Origin: an uncultured bacterium
GTDB lineage: Bacteria > Acidobacteriota > HRBIN11 > JAKEFK01
Length of the DNA stretch: 64,000 nucleotides
Reading direction: 5' to 3'
Assembly (NCBI GenBank): GCA_963777505.1
Contig: CAVZQN010000004.1
Span: forward strand, 1,836,387 to 1,900,386
The translations under genes were made by a program, and so were the position numbers. The notes below the pieces were generated by a model that was not told the DNA's origin, made no database searches, and worked only from the letters and a program-made list of their open reading frames with translations. Below are positions 62,795 to 64,000 of this stretch, in pieces (the first letter of the stretch is position 1; each line of letters begins with the position of its first letter).

Positions 62795-62817
62795 GCATTG
62801 AGTGTGGGAGTGGTGTA

Positions 62818-64000
62818 ATGAAAAGGGTTCTCTTCTTAATCGTTAGGGATTTTATTCATTAGCTCTTTAGTTTTTGCACAGCGGACAAATGGTGCAATTG
62901 AAGGTACAGTTGAAGATTTTAATGGCGAACCTATTTTTGGCGTAACCATCACAGTATCAAGTCCCTCATTAATCGGTGGTAGTTCAATCACATTCACAGA
63001 TAAAATTGGTTACTATCGATTTCCTTATCTAGCATCTGGGATCTATGAAGCGAAGGCAGAAATTCAAGGATTTCAATCGATGATCCGCAGAGGTATTCAA
63101 CTTTCAGTAGGCCAAACATTAACTGTGGATTTTAGTCTGCAAATATCCCAGATATCAGAAGTTCTGGAAGTTACGGACAAGCCGCCATTAATCGATGTTA
63201 GTACAACAGCGGTCTCGCACACAGTTCCTTCTGAAATCATTCACAATCTTCCTAGAGTTCAAAACATTCAACAGTTGATCGCACTAACTCCGGGAGTCAG
63301 TGATGATTTAGTTGCGTATGGCTCCGAAGGCACATCATCGAATAGTGTTTGGATCGATGGTGTATACATGAGCGATCCGCGAAGACGTGATCTTGTTGTG
63401 CAATATAACTACAACTGGATCGATGAGGTTCAAGTTACAGGCATTGGAGCTCCGGCAGAATACGGAGGATTTACAGGAGTAGTCGGAAATTTTGTTACGC
63501 GTTCTGGTGGGAATCAATTTCATGGTTTGTTTGAGACGTTTTTTCAAAACGAAGATCTGACCAGCACAAATGTCCCGAATCCAAGTCCGGAAAAACCATT
63601 TAAAACATATGATGTTAGCGCACAACTTGGCGGTCCGATCCTGAAAGATAAATTTTGGTTTTTTTCAGGAATACAGTATCCGCAAACTCAAACTCCTACG
63701 CCTGGTTATGATGAATTAATAACGGACAGTTATCGAAAATTTATTACGAAACTCACATATAAATTAAATGAGAATAACAACCTGCAAGGATTCGCAAATT
63801 GGAACGATCATTTCTTCGAAAGAGAAGGCTCTAATGCAAGGGCACTTCCGGAGGCCAATTATGCGAAAAGCAAGACTCCTCAATGGAGCTGGAATGCCAC
63901 ATGGGTCTCGCTTTTGGGTTCTCAGACTACTTTTGATGGAAGATTTGGCGGGTTTTATCACCATAATAAGGACATTGAAGAGAATCCGGATTTAGCTTCT
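62818..64000 (+). CDS. Oar-type TonB-dependent receptor with carboxypeptidase-regulatory N-domain; early frameshift, 3'-truncated
   Basis: GAIEGTVED..GEPIFGVTITVSSPSLIGG, LTPGV, AEYGGFTGVVGNFVTRSGGNQFHG, LGGPILKDKFWFF; not in the ORF track. Confidence 0.85.

Noticed and set aside
1-64000. tRNA, rRNA, riboswitch or other structured ncRNA
   Set aside because: No cloverleaf, T-loop or recognisable conserved RNA motif was seen in the intergenic gaps by eye; an Infernal/Rfam scan would be needed to exclude them.

Overview
Bacterial chromosomal window. The gene content (VWA proteins, DUF4388 proteins, Ser/Thr kinase-TolB fusion, Oar-type TonB receptor, divIVA in a diderm) suggests an Acidobacteriota-like organism, which is an inference. 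The core housekeeping blocks are miaA-hfq, aminotransferase-serA, galU, hrcA-grpE-dnaK-dnaJ-rsmE, yggS-yggT-divIVA-yggU-hutI-cyclodeaminase, tmk-holB and ispD-ispF. Between them lie secreted proteases, glycosyltransferases, a RAYT transposase with its own 42-bp REP pair, and a separate dispersed GTAG-type REP family. Many genes are split by single-base indels, and these become dense after about 53 kb, most likely from long-read errors. Five observations stand out. (1) In 43.4-50.1 kb there are three orphan proteins with unstructured, signal-peptide-less leaders; two are repeat proteins behind near-consensus sigma54 promoters and one is a transglutaminase-like Cys protease sitting in a 1.47-kb insert bounded by a 38-bp direct repeat. 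(2) A repeated CCTACTC-N4-GAGTRGG palindrome links a NarL-family regulator to two secreted Ca-binding protein genes. (3) A secreted microprotein has Asn at almost every second residue and is amyloid-like. (4) A kinase-STAND-WD40 NLR-like protein is present. (5) Several genes appear to be leaderless. No rRNA, tRNA or CRISPR array was seen.
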